Positions 39,101 through 54,500 of a DNA stretch of 64,000 nt are shown here, one piece after another. The stretch is from Tubiluchus corallicola (lineage: Eukaryota; Animalia; Priapulida). The stretch is taken from the NCBI GenBank assembly GCA_030141605.1, contig JAQGDQ010000836.1:25571-89570 (forward strand), in the 5' to 3' direction. How positions within the stretch are numbered: position 1 is the first letter of the stretch; every line of letters starts with the position of its first letter. The translations under genes and the position numbers were made by a program. The notes below the pieces were generated by a model. That model had not been told where the DNA came from and did not search any database. It saw only the letters and a program-made list of their open reading frames with translations.

Positions 39101-39260
39101 TAATCATGGTATTATATATATAGTGCAGACTGTATTATATAGTGCAGACTGTATTATATAGTTCAGACCTCTGAGCAACGGAATAGAGTGGATTAAAGAC
39201 ATTTCTTATACCTAATAATTCAGTCACAAGTGGAATAGCTTGTTAAGCCTAAGATAATAC

Positions 39261-39804
39261 TTAAAAGAAAACCGGATGATTGTGTAAACATTAGTTCAGA
39301 ATAAAGAATACTCTAAAATATAGAAAACTACACTAGCCTTTTTATATAAAAGCTTAGATTAAATAATAATACCTCGGACACTCAAATTTCGTTAAACCTT
39401 CAAAGCTACGCGCTACTAAGTGAATCTACTAAGATTGGCAGCGGCGCCTTTTTGTCACATTCATGTGGCCGACAAATAGAAGGTGGTACCGTGATAACCA
39501 TGATCATGAACTGCAGTGTTAGTTTCTGATGTAGAGCCCATTTTTGTGACATCATGCATTTAAACAGTACAATAAAACTTACGCAAACGTGCTTGACGCG
39601 CAAGGGAAGACGCCAGCCATTGCACAAACTGTATTTAGTTTTTGACGTAAGCAACAACTGTGTTCAGTTGCCGTTAATTAGCTTTCTAAGCTAATTATTC
39701 AAATATAAAGAACAATTCTTAACTTTTATAGGCCAGAAAATGTCTATTTTGGACAGTAAATTAAAATGAAATTGTGTCTAAACAATCGTCCGGTCTTCCT
39801 TTAA
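39261..39804 (-). mobile_element. MITE family B copy (inverted)
   Basis: TTAAAAGAAAACCGGATGATTG ... CAATCGTCCGGTCTTCCTTTAA. Confidence 0.85.
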
Positions 39805-42369
39805 GTCATACGCTGCTCGTAGATTCGCACTTGCTATTATTTGACACACTACTGTAGGAGATAAAAGTCTTTAGCCGTAATTAACTTTGATGAAATTCTA
39901 AGTAGTAAACATATTAGTCCAAAGAACATTGAACAGCTCCAAGGACCGTGTATGTCAATGATTTTGCCAGACGAACTGGCATCTGATGCAAATGGACTAA
40001 TCAGTCCACATTCAGTCATCAGAAAAGTAGAATTAGTTCAGTTCAAAGTGAGGAAATTAAGATTATATCCTCTGTATATACCAATGTGTGACAGTACTAC
40101 TTTCACTAATTTCAAATTTAAAGCAAAACTGGACTCAATCTGAAACTGCAGGTCAAAACAATATATTCTTTAAAATATTGAAAGGGAACATACTATTTTT
40201 TTCAAAAATGACTAATAAGAAAGAATTATTACCACAAAAACACAATTTCACGTTCGTGCCACTAGTTCTTCGCTGTTACATGCATTTCACTATTCACTAG
40301 TTAGACGAGCACTAGTACCTGAAACGTATTGCACACAAAACAGGTGTTGTACCTCTCAGTTCAGATGTGTTAGTTTATGACGAACTACACACATGTGGTA
40401 GCTCATGCGTGAGCACAGGGGTAAATTTCAAATTTGAATTTTTATCTTAAACTTGCCTAGTTTTGGAAAAACACACTGAATATCTTACATTAGCACTGTA
40501 TTTCAATTTTCGCTTTTTCAGACACGTGCAATAAGCTCATAGAATATTTCTGCTGTTGAAAATTATGTTTACTTGCGATGTCATCAATAGTTGGGCTCGG
40601 TTAATTAAGCTTATAATCTATTATTGAATTATCAGAAAGCATTAATCATGTTAAAATGTATACTTTTTATTGGACTTGAAAATGGGGTAGTATATGAAAA
40701 ATCATCCTGTCTTCCTCTAATCAAGTTCAAGTAAATATAACTGTAATTAATTTTTCACAGAAATAAACATTGTATGGCTCTTTACATTAAAATAATCAAA
40801 ATGCAAAGTGCGTTTATAAACACAAATATAACTAAAAGAAACAACACAAACTTCAACTACAAAACATTTAAAAAATAAAGTGATAAAGTTTATTTCTTTA
40901 CATAATTATTAACAACATTTAGTTTATAGAAAACGACATGCAACTATTTTAACACCTTTAAAACTAGTTCTCAGAAAAGCTAAGTCAAAAGATTCAGTTC
41001 TTGAGATGTGAGAGAAAGAAATATCAAGACGAAAACACATGAAAGACGTTTGACTTAAATATAAAAATATAATATATAAAACCAATGAACAGATTTATGT
41101 TTGGTAAACAAGTGAAGTAAACAATAAGGTTAAAAATTCGAGAGCTGAAATGGCTTCATAAAGTGAGTGGCTTCGTGTCTGTTAAACAAATGAACGTAAT
41201 TTTTCAATACAGTCACCGATCGTTCTTAACAATTTTCATTTGAATTGCACTGTGGTTTTCATTCAAAGAATTTTAAGAATAAAATTAACTTAACAGCAAA
41301 ATAATGGAATTTGTAGCAAATTTTCATATAAACTGCTTATGGTGAGAGGGGCTTTAAAGAAGTAATCTCTGTACATAGTGCAAAGTTCTACTACAGTTTT
41401 TAATTTTGTTGTAATTGTTTGTAAGCAGTCTTGTTGGAAACTAGAAGCATTTTCTAGTTTAAATTAACTGAAAGAATACTGTTTGAAAAAGTCATCAACA
41501 AATTATGCTCATCAAATAATAAAACTCACGAACAGACTTGCATAGTTGTTAAGATCTTATAATTCAGCTTATAAAAGTAAAATATACAGTTGTAAGTTAT
41601 ATTACATAAAGTAAGTTACTTACATACTATAAGAACAATACAATTATGTACATGTAGTTATGTACACAGAGATTCCATTATGTTTTTTACATGAAGTACA
41701 GAAGATCACACTGTTTATGCTAAGTACAATATGGCGCCCCACTTTCGATCACACTGTTTATGCTAAGTACAATATGGCGCACCGCTTTCCACATTTGGCC
41801 TTACAAATTATCACAACATTTAGATTTAGACAACCAACATGAAATTTACCACCCACAGGGTAAAGAGTTAAAGTGAGAAAATGTAGACGAGTATTAAAAA
41901 TGGTAACGTCAAACATGCAAAAATGCGGCACATGCATACTACTTATAGTTTGCATCCAGATTATCCCCCCCCCCCCCCAACATTGAGATACATTTTACCA
42001 AACTGTTATAAATTGAAAATTTATGCTAATTTCTGAAGAAATGTGCAAGTAGAAATGTAAGTTTAACAAACAAGCATAACAACACATTCCAAATCTTATA
42101 ATTGCATCTAACTAATTAACGCCCCCCTTCCTAGGTTTATACTTAAATTAACAATTGTCAAAAATTAATCAACGTTATCACCCCGTTTAGATACATTCCA
42201 AATCTTTTAACCGCGCCCATGTAACTAGCCCCACCCTAGTTAGCTTTATCTCCAATAACTCACAATTGTTACAAATTACTTACATCCTATCCAAAAGTAT
42301 TAAATGACTTTCACCCCAGATAATCATGCCCCTGTTAATAGCAAATACATTTGAATTTATCTTATTTTG

Positions 42370-42546
42370 TTACCAGATGAAACATTTTGATTTCGGATTC
42401 ATGTCACTACCCGCAGGGCAGTTGAAAGCTTGAGCAAACTGAGGGGAGTTGGACATTGGTCCGATCACCCGGAACTCGTGTGGACTGTGAGAGTTTGTGA
42501 GAACGGTGGACACCAGAGCTTGATCCGTCGCAAATTCGCACCATGA
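42370..42546 (-). CDS. M13 peptidase last exon
   Basis: SWC...[41 protein letters not shown]. Confidence 0.95.
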   Translation of the reverse strand, partial: SWCEFATDQALVSTVLTNSHSPHEFRVIGPMSNSPQFAQAFNCPAGSDMNPKSKCFIW

Positions 42547-45500
42547 CTGGAAAAAGTTTGTCAAACTGATTTAATAATAAGCTAAAGTCGACACATTACT
42601 GTTCAAGTAAAATTCGAGCATTTTTAAATCATATACTGAGAAAAATAGTAACTTTATTTGAAAATCATAATATTTGAAAAAAAAAACAGCAATTGCTTAC
42701 AATTTTATTATCATATTTTTTAGCCTCAAAATTTAACTAGTACTAAAAACTTAAATACAATTTGCGTATATTTATTTATTTATTTAATTAGTAAAAAAAG
42801 CAAGCATCCTCATTGATGGTAAAAAAAGAATTTTCAACGCGATTATTTAGCTTCTGCACATAACTCTTAGCCCTTTCGCTATGGAAGGCGGCACAAAGCC
42901 GCATATGTGCTTCATGTAAGGGACAGGCGGCGGTAGACTGCTGCCCAAGCTCAGCACTAGGCGCAGTCACCCAGGTCTGTTTGTCTTGCTACTATGGCCA
43001 TGCAAAAACATTGTGGAAAAGTTTAACAGCCGTGGGATTGGGGTTGCTTCACGACAAGTAACGCTAGCCAGCCAATCAGCGTCTGAAGCCAGGTGCATTC
43101 CACAATACTGTATTATAAGGTATGTTCTCACACAAAATCATTCATTGATGGTTAGTGAGACGTATGTTTAGTGGCTTGTTCTGCATTTCTTATAAAATGA
43201 TCGCATAACATGGATTAGTATTACGACTTCTGTGAAAATTGGTTTCTAAACATAAGTACGTGCTGATTTGTGAAGGTGCACACGTGTGTGAGAGTGTGAG
43301 GGCATGCATGTGTGCGCAGATGTGTGTGCACGTATATGTGCATGTATGTGTTTCCATGTGTACAAATAAAACTAATATTCAATATTAGTGTTTAATACAG
43401 GGGTGTGCAAATTATCTGACCAGCCGGGCCACATTAAACATTCCCGCGATTCCTGTGGGCCACATGCAGTTTGGTCAAGGAGCCAAGTACAGTAGGACCT
43501 AATAACGATTTTTTTTGCATCCAATTTGCACACATCATTACTACTGCACTACTACACTCATGAAACTATTTTAGAAATTATTAAAATTTATATTAAAAAC
43601 CATATATTTCGTGATAACGGTCTTGTAAGGGTTAATGCCGTCCGATCTAGAGAAAAAAACTACCCGCACTATCTTTGCGATAGTGGCGCAGACTTCAGCT
43701 GGATCGTGTGGGCCGCACTTTCATTACGTTGACAAACCTCTTTGCGGGCCGCAGTTTGCACACCCCTGGTTTAATAACAGGCGACTATTTGCTTATTTAC
43801 AAGATTCTGTTTTACTAACACACCACAAGAAGTTATTGTCAAATGTGAAAAGCATACGGCCCAGTTAAAAAGCATCTATGCAGTGAAAGGGTTAAAAAAG
43901 AGTCAGGAAAATTGGGGCTACTCACCTGTGCTGCTCCGATGAAAAACAACTGATCGTGTGTAACGTTTAGCGCTGGCAGAACCACTTCTTCTTCTCCGTC
44001 AGATTGATTGCGCCATCTTTGATACGCTAACCAAGCAAGTTTAATGCCGCCGCTGTCGGCAATGTTTTCAGCCAGAGTGAACTTACCATTTACCTGTAAC
44101 AAGTTACATAAGCACAGTATGTCACCTAACACAAGGCCCGCCCACTCACCTTAAAGAACCTTTTGCCAAAAACTGAAATACAGTCAGAATGGCTAAAAAA
44201 AATCAAGTGATTGAATTCTAGGCAAATGAATAGTTCTGTAACCCTAAGTTGGTTTCATTATACTCCGACTAATACAATATAAAATGGCTAAAAAATTTGC
44301 TATAAATTTGGCTAAACAAATCATGAAGGTCAGGGATAAGAATTTTCTGCAGATACGCAGAATTCCGAGTTTTTGGAAGACCAGTAGTGCCATTTTTGTA
44401 AATCATGTAAATTCGTTGAGAAAATTTTTACGGATCCAGTACATTGTTTCACAAGCTGACCGCTAGTTGGCAGGCCGTCACTTTGTTTACATCACATACA
44501 TCAGTGTAACCACGTGTATATCTCTATGTATAAAAATATAGAATCAATTGTGTGGAGTTATTTGAGTCATTTGCAGACAGTTTTTATATACTTTTGCATA
44601 GGAGCATCCAGTACTTAGGCGTTTTTGAGACAATTAGGTATCATGTATCCTTGATAGTTGGATATTTTGAATTATGCACAAAACAAGGTAACTGATATTT
44701 TAAGTCCACTTAGAGGCTCTCTATAGCATACGCAGCCCCAAGCCCCTGGCCTGTTTCAGAGTTTTTAGCAATTTGTCATTCTCATCCCTGGAAGGTGAGG
44801 TGGCTCTGATAATGAAAAAGACCCTTCTTAGTTCTTGTGGATGGAACTTCTTTGAAAGTGAGAAGTTTATAAGGAAGGCAGTTCAACAAACTGAAGACAA
44901 AAAAACAGTTGATATTACCTGTGACACAAGAAAATGCAGGTTCCATCAACAACCTACCACAACTGATAGGCCTAAAAACACTTATGTTTGCCTTGACCTC
45001 GCAGGAAAAAACAACTCATGTATTAGTAACATTATTTAACATGATCACTTACATGCTTTCCAACAATCTTATAGTCATCATACTGATTTATCATGCATTC
45101 TCCTTTACTCTTGAACTGCTCTTCTGTTTTTTGCTGCCACCATTCATTCATGTTTCCGTCTTTATCAAACTGTGAACCTGCAAAGACAGAACAGATAAAA
45201 CAACCAAGCCAAAAATTCTGACAATGCAAAATAAATATTGTAAGCTATTAATCAAAGACACATTTTTTCTACGATACACCTGTATACTGAAGCCCAGCAT
45301 TCCGTGGTAAGGTTTACTCTAACGTCATGTTTGTAGCAAGACTGGAACCTGCATCACTGTGAAAGACATACATCTAAGATGAGACAATGAACCAACGGAG
45401 GAGACTTGGCCACACATCCTCCTCCACGGAGGTAAACAGCCAGAATGTGCACGGCAAACGAAACCGCTCGGATTAAGTATCGAAAACAGGCAGTCATGAG

Positions 45501-48500
45501 CCATAAACATGAAACATACGCAGGTTCTGCTATGAACTTCGTTTCCAATAATTAAAGCATGTCACACTATAAGTCCAACTATAGTTAAACCAAGATTTCC
45601 CAAAATTTCAGGCCTTTTACTTATGTAAATGCTTAAAAGTTTATACCATTCTAACAGAATTCATTGTTAATTTGTTGAAAATGCAATTCAGTTGGCACAT
45701 TTACCTCTGTACAAATAATGTTACACATGCTGTAACAAAAATTACCTGCAGTCGGTTTGAGAAAATTAAACAGAATGAAATGTTGACCAAACATTAAAAA
45801 AATAAAATCTTGGGAACCAAGATATCCTGGAAAGGATAGAGTGAGCAAAGATTAAAAACTTCTTGTGGTCAAATGATTCTCACTTTAACATTATGGGGGT
45901 CACTCAGTTGTGTTGTTATAATAGAACTTTATAAATATGAAATAAAAAATTGCTACAGTTGCAAGTCTGACAGCTGCTGTTTCTGTATTTTGCAAATTAA
46001 AAATTAATATGCATTAAATGCATGATTTGATGTCTTTAACATACTAGCACTTGTATTTAAATGGCCAAGTAACGATGACGACGAAGACGATAATAATAAT
46101 ATTTATTTAAAGTCGGCTTTTGGGTGAACAATTAACATTAGCTCAAAGAGCTATTACCGCCGACTGTAAATAACAACCTACAACTACATAACAGAGACTA
46201 TTATTACCCCACTTTTACCCTAAATACCACGCGCCAGGCAGGGCAACAGCAGGTACCATTTTTAAAGTCTTTGGTATGACCCAGCCGCTGGTTCGAACTC
46301 AAGACCTCCCAGACGGAAAGCAGACACATTACCACTAGACTAAACCGTCTGATTATACATGATACATGATACAAGTATGCTTCTGATACCAACTTCAAAG
46401 GTGTCCAGAATTCAGTGTTTGTATTAACTTTAAGTACAATAGCTGTAGGTACATGTAAAGCAAAATGATAAATCAAAATTACTCTTGCTTGAACCACTGA
46501 CAGTCTTTCAGACCAAAGCTTAACAAAGTTCATAAAGAAGGCTGAGTTTACAACTATTAACTTGTTGTTATTGTTGTTGGCGTCCTTTTGTCTCGGAAGA
46601 CAATGGAGTGTGCGCCAAGAGAGTCAGTTATTGATCACATTGATGGAGCTGTAGCGTCGTCTGTGGCTGAGCAGTGCGATCCTTGAACGTCTCCAGGGCG
46701 CACGCCTGGGCAAGCTGTATGGAGATCCTGAGTTGCCCAGACAACAGGAACCCCCTCTCTTCCTCCCTGGTGTAGTCCAAAGGAAAGTGGAGTGATACGT
46801 TTAGCACCAGGTTGGCTGCAGGAGCTGCCGGAGTCAGTGAGCATGCTGCACTGGTCCGCCTTCGGGGCTCCACTCCTGATTTGGAAGGTTTACTCCTTTA
46901 CACATGGCCGTTGGGTCACTTGACCTCCTCCACCCTCTAGCCGTTGTCTGCTTGTGCAGCTCCTCCGCCTAGTGTCGAGATACAGTGTGGGCATCCCGCA
47001 AGCCTACAGCACCTGGTATTCCTAGGTGGTCACCCATCTAAGTACTAACCAGGCTCTACGTTGCTTAACTTCGGCGATCAGATGAGAACCGGTATTTTCA
47101 ACATGATGTGGACAACTATTAACTAATGTTCATATAACCCAGTATGTCTTTTTGTGTAGCAAGAGGAAAAGTAAGAAAAAATGCTCCATGACTACGTACC
47201 CATGCTGTCAAATCCGTGTGTAAATTCATGTCCGGCTATCATTCCGATGCCTCCGTAATAAAGCGACTTAGGAAACGATGGATCGTAAAACGGGTAACGT
47301 AAGATTCCGGCAAGAAAGCTGATATGATTGTAATTTGGCGAGTAATAAGCATTGACTTCCAGTGGAAACATTTCCCACCTAAAATACAAGCATCAGTATC
47401 ATGTTAAAAATGTGGAAGCAAGAATGTGAGAATGTGACAAGGTGAACAGCTTAAAACTATATTCAATTTCAAGATAATTTATTGATTTAACATACATCAT
47501 AATCACATCAGTTTTGAAATACAATATATAATCAGTGAAGTAAAAACTAATTATGTAAATGATCACTGTTATCATTACAAAAACAATTATGTAAAAATAA
47601 TCACTGTTATTAAAAGAGATAATGAAGGGAGACCTAAGAAGCTGTGGATTACGCAGGTCACCCCTAAATATTTTTATAATAATTTTATGAAACAGTATAT
47701 TTTAGTTGTTAGTGATTTTGTACACTACTATTGTAAGATTAAAAGCTACTACTTGTTCCAAGGAAATATTAGACTGTTGTGACCAGAGTTCTTATTTTAG
47801 AATAAGATATCCTTATCTAGTTATAAATAGAGATTTAAAATCAACTTTTTATATTTTGATTTAAGGACTGATATAGATTTCGACAATCTAATTTCCCCAA
47901 GTAATATTACTCCATATGAGGGGGCCATGATACTTAATTGAGCATTTTCTTATATCCGTGCTAAGATATTAAAAAAGTATAAAAAGAACTGCACTGTATA
48001 AATATCAAATAGCGCAGAAACAATACAAGTACTAAAATGAAAACTAAAAACGAGACTTAGGCGAGCGCAGGGCATTACTCTGTTGTCACTGTTAAAGATT
48101 CGAGTTTAGAATACTAGGCATCAAAAACATTTTGCTGGCTGCAGATCAGAGCATCAATTGCCATCCTCAGTAAATTACAATTGTAAACTTTAAAGTGCAC
48201 ATAACAGGTTAAACTACAGCTTATATGTTACAGTCAACCTCGGGTATAAGGTACTCACTTATAAGGAACACTCGCTCATAAGGGACCACCAACACCGGTC
48301 CCGATTTTTCGTAATGTTTTTCCTACGTAAAAATCTTCGTATATAAGGTACTTGGATATAAGGAACTTTCGATTATAAGGGATGATGTCTTCAGTTCCCG
48401 CATAATAGAAACCCAGGTAAATTACCTCGCATATAAGCCCTGTGATCAAACCAAAATTGATCGATTTTTAACCTCAATTTTTCGCAAACTCGGCCTTCGA

Positions 48501-51500
48501 ACAACTCGGTTTCCGCGGTCACATACATCTTGCATCACTGAAGGAGCTTCCTACATACCGTTTGCACTGAACGTGTAGCAATAATCCATAAAAATATGGA
48601 TAAAACTACAGAAAAGTACAGGTCTAGATACAGCCTCGGTCTGACTCAACTTCGGCTATAAGGGACATCGGATACAAGGGACGGTTTTTTCCGGTCCGGA
48701 GGTGTCCCTTATATCCGAGGTTGACTGTACGTTATCTTTAGTCTACTTCTTTATTTTTGGTTTATACAAAATATTAGTAATAACTGCAAGAATTTATTCT
48801 TCTAAACCTCATTCCAATGATTGGCTTTGGAGCTGCAACTGGATAATTAATACAAAGGGTTTATAAAATGAAAACGAAACGCCTTCAGAAGTATAATAAA
48901 AGAGCTACATTAAATACTACATGAAATTAAATGCCAACAGGAGCAAACATTACAAGAAACAAGAATAAAAAAACAACCTAAAGTTACGAAGAGCATAATG
49001 TGCTAAATTCTGAGGGTTCTGTTAATCCTCGTCAAGCGAAAGTCATTTACTATTAATTAAAAAACATTAGATAAACACATACTCTTTTCTGTTAGGTTTT
49101 TTGTGAAGTTTAGATGTTTTGTGCTTGAAGCGGAACTGACGCAAGTTGAGAAAATTTTGCAGAGAATCGTCGGTAACCGTAAGCTGCAAAGAAAAATCAA
49201 AAATATCAAACTGATATTTGTGATAAGTAAATCTCTGTGAAGACTGTGCATACAAAACTGTACAAACCATTATTCAATGGCTGTAACTATTGTCAAAGCA
49301 CAATACCTGGAACATCATGATATTTGAAATTCGGTTATTAGTTAGTTGCACGCTACCTCAATCAATAAAAAAACAAAAACACATGTATCCCAGCAACACA
49401 TAAAATTATTTCAGCTTGCCAAAAACTCCATAGGTTACTATTTTACAATCAAAAAATCCCTACATTAACAACAGCAATGCAATCTAACCTGGTCACACTT
49501 CGTCTTACCTAGAGTTAATTATCATAACGACCTTGTCATTCTCACATACTTCAACACACAATGATCACAGAAATGAATAGTTTACATAATGACATAATGT
49601 AACAACTCCCACTTTTGATTTTAAAAGGTAGCAGGCTCTCTTAAAGGACAAGAAAAGGGGCACCTGAAGTAGGTTTCAGAAAAATCGCCTTCAGAAAAAT
49701 TATACTACTTTACAGCAATTTCATGCGTATATCGTAGTCGCGTTTAAATGAATTTTCGTCTGTTTTCATTTTAAATCTCCCGCAATACTGTTCCGACGGC
49801 ACCATTACATGACGTCACTAAAACACGTAAATCAGGGGTGAAAAGGAAATGTTAAATTATGTCCCAAAAAAACTTTCCGTGCAAATCTATATTACTTAGC
49901 ATTTCGCTTACCTGCTGGAAAGTGTTATGTAACTAGACTAATAATTTAAAATGTTTGTGGCAATTGGTAAAATGTCGCTGACTCACCATCCAGGGTGCAC
50001 CACTCACTAGCCAAAAACGCATTTTTAATCTTACCGACAAGATACAGTAATTCAAAATTTTACTTAATTAGCAACATGTATGCTACGAATGCTCTGATTA
50101 TTTTTTCAAACTTTATTCAATGTTATCAAAATTTGTTTCAAACGACTTACCATTAAAATGGCTGCGCTCAACGGTCATCGCGGGAGTTTAAATTTACACG
50201 TTTCATACAGCGGTACGGCCGATGCAAGCCATGCATATGCAAGGGAAGTAAGTAAGTGGAGGGTTTTCTTGTGCTTTAAATGCCCAACAATAATTAGATT
50301 TACCTTAATATCAACAAGTAAAAGCTTAATTATTTTCTCAGAACAGTAAATTTCCAAATAATCCTCTCCACCAGTTCTCATGCACATGCTGCACAAGTAA
50401 TGTAAAGTAAAGAACACAAAAACAGAAATGCGTGTAATAGCCGTAATAGCAATTCGTTACTGGAAAATATAGCTTACATTTTCATAAAATCTATCCAGTC
50501 TAGTGACGTTCAAGATCCAATCTGGGTAAGCAATTCTTTTACCCATTGCCAGTGCCTTTTCTTCTGCTTTCACCATTGTCTCTGCGTCCATCCAATCAAG
50601 AGAGGCTAAATTGCGCTTAAATACTTCTGCGATGTCATCCACCATTGTTGTGATCTGAATAACAGAATAAAAACGTGGAAACTAAGCGCCAACAACATAT
50701 TTTATAAGGTCCCCAGAAAGAGATATTTCACTAGGTTAACAATGAGATTTGCAAATGACTTGTCTACAGGCCTACTAATGTTCACAATTAGCTATTGAAA
50801 TGAAGCCAGAAGGTACTTTTTCACTGTGTTTGAGCGAAACTATGGATACATATTCTACCATTGCTTGCCATGAAAAACCGTTTATTTTTAAGAAATGTAA
50901 TAACAGTTGTTCCAAAAGTTTCTTTACCGATGACCTTCAATAATTTCGATTCGGTTATTTGAATGATTTTAGCTAAGCACTAGCTGAACACAGCTCACGG
51001 TTTCCAGTAACCCAAGAGTCGACACGGTCTATGAAACAAAAATTCTGAGCAGCAAAGATGTTCAATGAAAAAACTGTGGGCTTAGACATAAATAATTTAA
51101 AATTAAGGAAAACGGCACTAATTTATTCAAATTTATGCAAAACTGCAACAATCTCTACAAGTAAGGTATTTAGCGTTCAATTTTTTTCTTACTTTTCTTA
51201 TTCTACTATCTAGTAAGAAAAAATCTTGACTCACCTGTTCTCTTACTTTCTCGGTCAAGTGTTTCTCGACATAGAGTGCACTGAGTGCGAATCCTAGGGC
51301 ACCCCGGGATCGAGAAACGCATCGTTGCCACTGCAATCGCTCCTCGCGAACGCCACTCATCACCTCGCTAAAATCCAGCCAAACATCCTGAAATCTGAAA
51401 AACACGGCAAAATATTATCTATCAGACAAATTGTGTTTGCCTAATTCCATATTAACTGACACTTGTGGGGTTAATAACAAGTAAATTCAAAGACTACTGC

Positions 51501-54500
51501 ATGGTGGCACGACAGGTACCAAAAATTACATACAAACGGCAGACATGGTGAAGGAGATGTATTCTCCTCTAAACAACATGATTAAATTTAGCCGACTCGA
51601 TATGAGTAATATCAAATCCTGCATAAAATACAACACTTAAACAGTGTCATTTAAGCTTAAAAGGCCTTTTATACAATTTGTACAAAGAGGCCCTATTAAA
51701 GGAAGACTGGACGATTGTTTAGACTCAATCTCATTTTATTTAGTGACCAAAATATACATTTTCTTGTCTAAAAAAAGTTAGCAATTGTTGTTTATATTTC
51801 AATAATTAGCTTAGAAAGTTAATTAACGGCGACCGAACACAGCTATTGCTTACGTCAGAAACTAACCACAGTTTGTGCAATGGCAGGCATCTTCCCTTGC
51901 GCATCAAGCACATTTGCATAAGTGTTACAGCACTGTTTAAACGCATGATGTCACGAATAATGGGCTCTACATCATATGCATCATATGGGCTCTACATCAT
52001 TATGTCATAAACTAACACAGCAGTTCATGATCATGCTTATAACGGTATGCCTTCTATTTGTCGGCCACGCGAATGTGACAAAAAGGCGCCGCTGCCAATC
52101 TTAGTAGATTCACTGAGCCGTGCATAGCTTTGAAAGTTTAAAGAAATTTGAGTATCTGAGGTAATTATTATTTAACCTGAACTTTGATTTACAATAAGCT
52201 ATTGTAGTTTTCAATATGTTAGAGCATTCTTTATTCTGAACTCGTGTTTTCACAATCATCCTGTTTTCCTTTAAAGCTGGATGTGACTGTTGCAGACGAA
52301 GCAAATCACGCAGGAAGCCTCGTCACAAATAAAGCATCTATTTGGGCACAAAAATTTTCCATTTAAAACTCATTATTAAAAGATTTAAACTAGATAATGC
52401 AACCACTTAGTTATCTGCAAGTCACACAATTATTCTAAAATATTTTCCGATAATCCAGACATCAAAAATCTTTTGTGAAAAAACCAATTCGAAACAAAAC
52501 AGGCAAGTACCCACCTGGATGGTAAATAAGGGATCAATTCCTGCAAAACTTGTAGCATAAAATAATTTGCGATGATTCTGAAAGAAAATGCAAGGTGGTT
52601 GTTCAGTATGAGTATTATCATTACACAGGAAAATGAAACTTTTCCACATACAGTCAACCCTCGTTAAACCGGGCTAATTGGGGGGGGGGGTGTCTGGTTT
52701 AGCCGATTGTCCGATTTATCCGATATGCCTACATATGGTCTATATTATACAGGAATAATCACCTTAATAAGGCCTATATACATTGCACTATATACTGTGC
52801 ACTATATACTATACTGCATATTACTTTAAAATAGTTAACCTGTGAGGATAAAGAAATTATTATACAGTTGGTAGGCCGTGTTGTGTTTAGCGCTCCGGCT
52901 CGGATGGAAATCGGTCAGTTTCCTTTACCACGGATGACATCCGTCTTATCCGATATCCGGGCTAACGGGGTCCAGTTTAACGAGTGTAATTTGGAAAAAA
53001 TCATTCTTTCGATGCTCAATTTTATTATACAGGAATCGTTTGATCAGTTTCATTTGAGCTTGTATTTTTGTAACAGTTACAAGATAAAATCTATCTGAAG
53101 CATCATGTCGTCAAACGTAACAGCTGAAGTTCGACTGTACAGCTGTGCTTTTGCAGAATGGCATTTTATACTGAATGCAGAAACACCGGTTCTCGTCTGA
53201 TCACCGAAGTTAAGCAACGGATGGGTGATACTTGGATGGGTGACCGCCTGGTAAAATACTTAACCTGTGAAGATAAAGAAATTAGTGAGTGCTTTCGATG
53301 GGGTAAGCAAACTGAATTTTGGCGGGAATCGCTTCGGCCCGTCAATGGCTTGCGGTGAGTTGGCAGGCCGTGTTGTGTTTAGTGCTCCAGCTCGGTTGGA
53401 AATCGGTCAGTTTCCTTTACCACGAATGACGTCCATCTTATCCGATATCCGGGCTACGGGGTCCGGTTTAGCGAGGGTCGACTGTACAATGAACTGAATG
53501 CCTAAACTCATACTATGATTCAAAACTACAGTGACAATTTCATAGAACTATAAAACTTGTGTAGATACCTGTCTTCAGTTTGATTCAAAACAACAGAAAG
53601 ATTCGACATGTAGGATGGAGTATAGACAATCACACTTTCACTCAGATCCAGACTCCTGTTTAACATGGCATCAAGAAATGTTTTCATTTTGAGCTAAAAC
53701 ACAAAGTTAAAATCATATGTCTTCTGTTAAAGGAAAACCGGATGGTGGCGGGAAAATGAGTTCAGAATAAGGAATACTCTAAACTAATGAAAACTCCAAT
53801 AGCTTATTTTAAATCAAAGCATAAATTAAATAATAATGACCTCAGATATTCAAATTTCATTAAACTTTCAAAGGCTCAGTGAATCTACTAAGATTGGCAA
53901 CGGCACATTTTGTCACGTTCGCGTGGCCGACAAATAGAAGGTGGCACCGTGATAAGCATGATCATGAACTGCAGTGTTAGTTTCTGATTTCATATGATGT
54001 AGAGCCCATTTTCGTGACATCATGAGATTAAACAGCAACACTTACGCAAAATTGCCAGAAGTGCAAGGGAAGATGCCTGCCATTGCACAAACTGTGGTTA
54101 GTTTCTGATGTAAGCAATAGCCGTGTTCATTTGCTACATTCATATTAATTAACTTTCTAAACTAATTATTCAAATATATGGAACAATTGTTAACTTTTAT
54201 AGGCAACAAAATGCATATTTTGGGCAGTAAAATAAAATGAGATTGAGTCTAAACTATCGTCCGGTCTTCCTTTAATAAGAGCAAAACAAAAGGAAATACA
54301 TTTACACGTGTGGTCTGCATAAAATAAGAGGAATGCACCCACCACTGATGTGATCACTGGTATTACAATCACAACATGTACATTAACAATTATCCACCAC
54401 TAGTCATAAGTCATAGCAAATCGTAAGCTCTAGTTTACTAGTAATAATCATGCAGGAAATATACGTAAGATCTAGAAAGATGCCAGACAATTTCAGTGTA

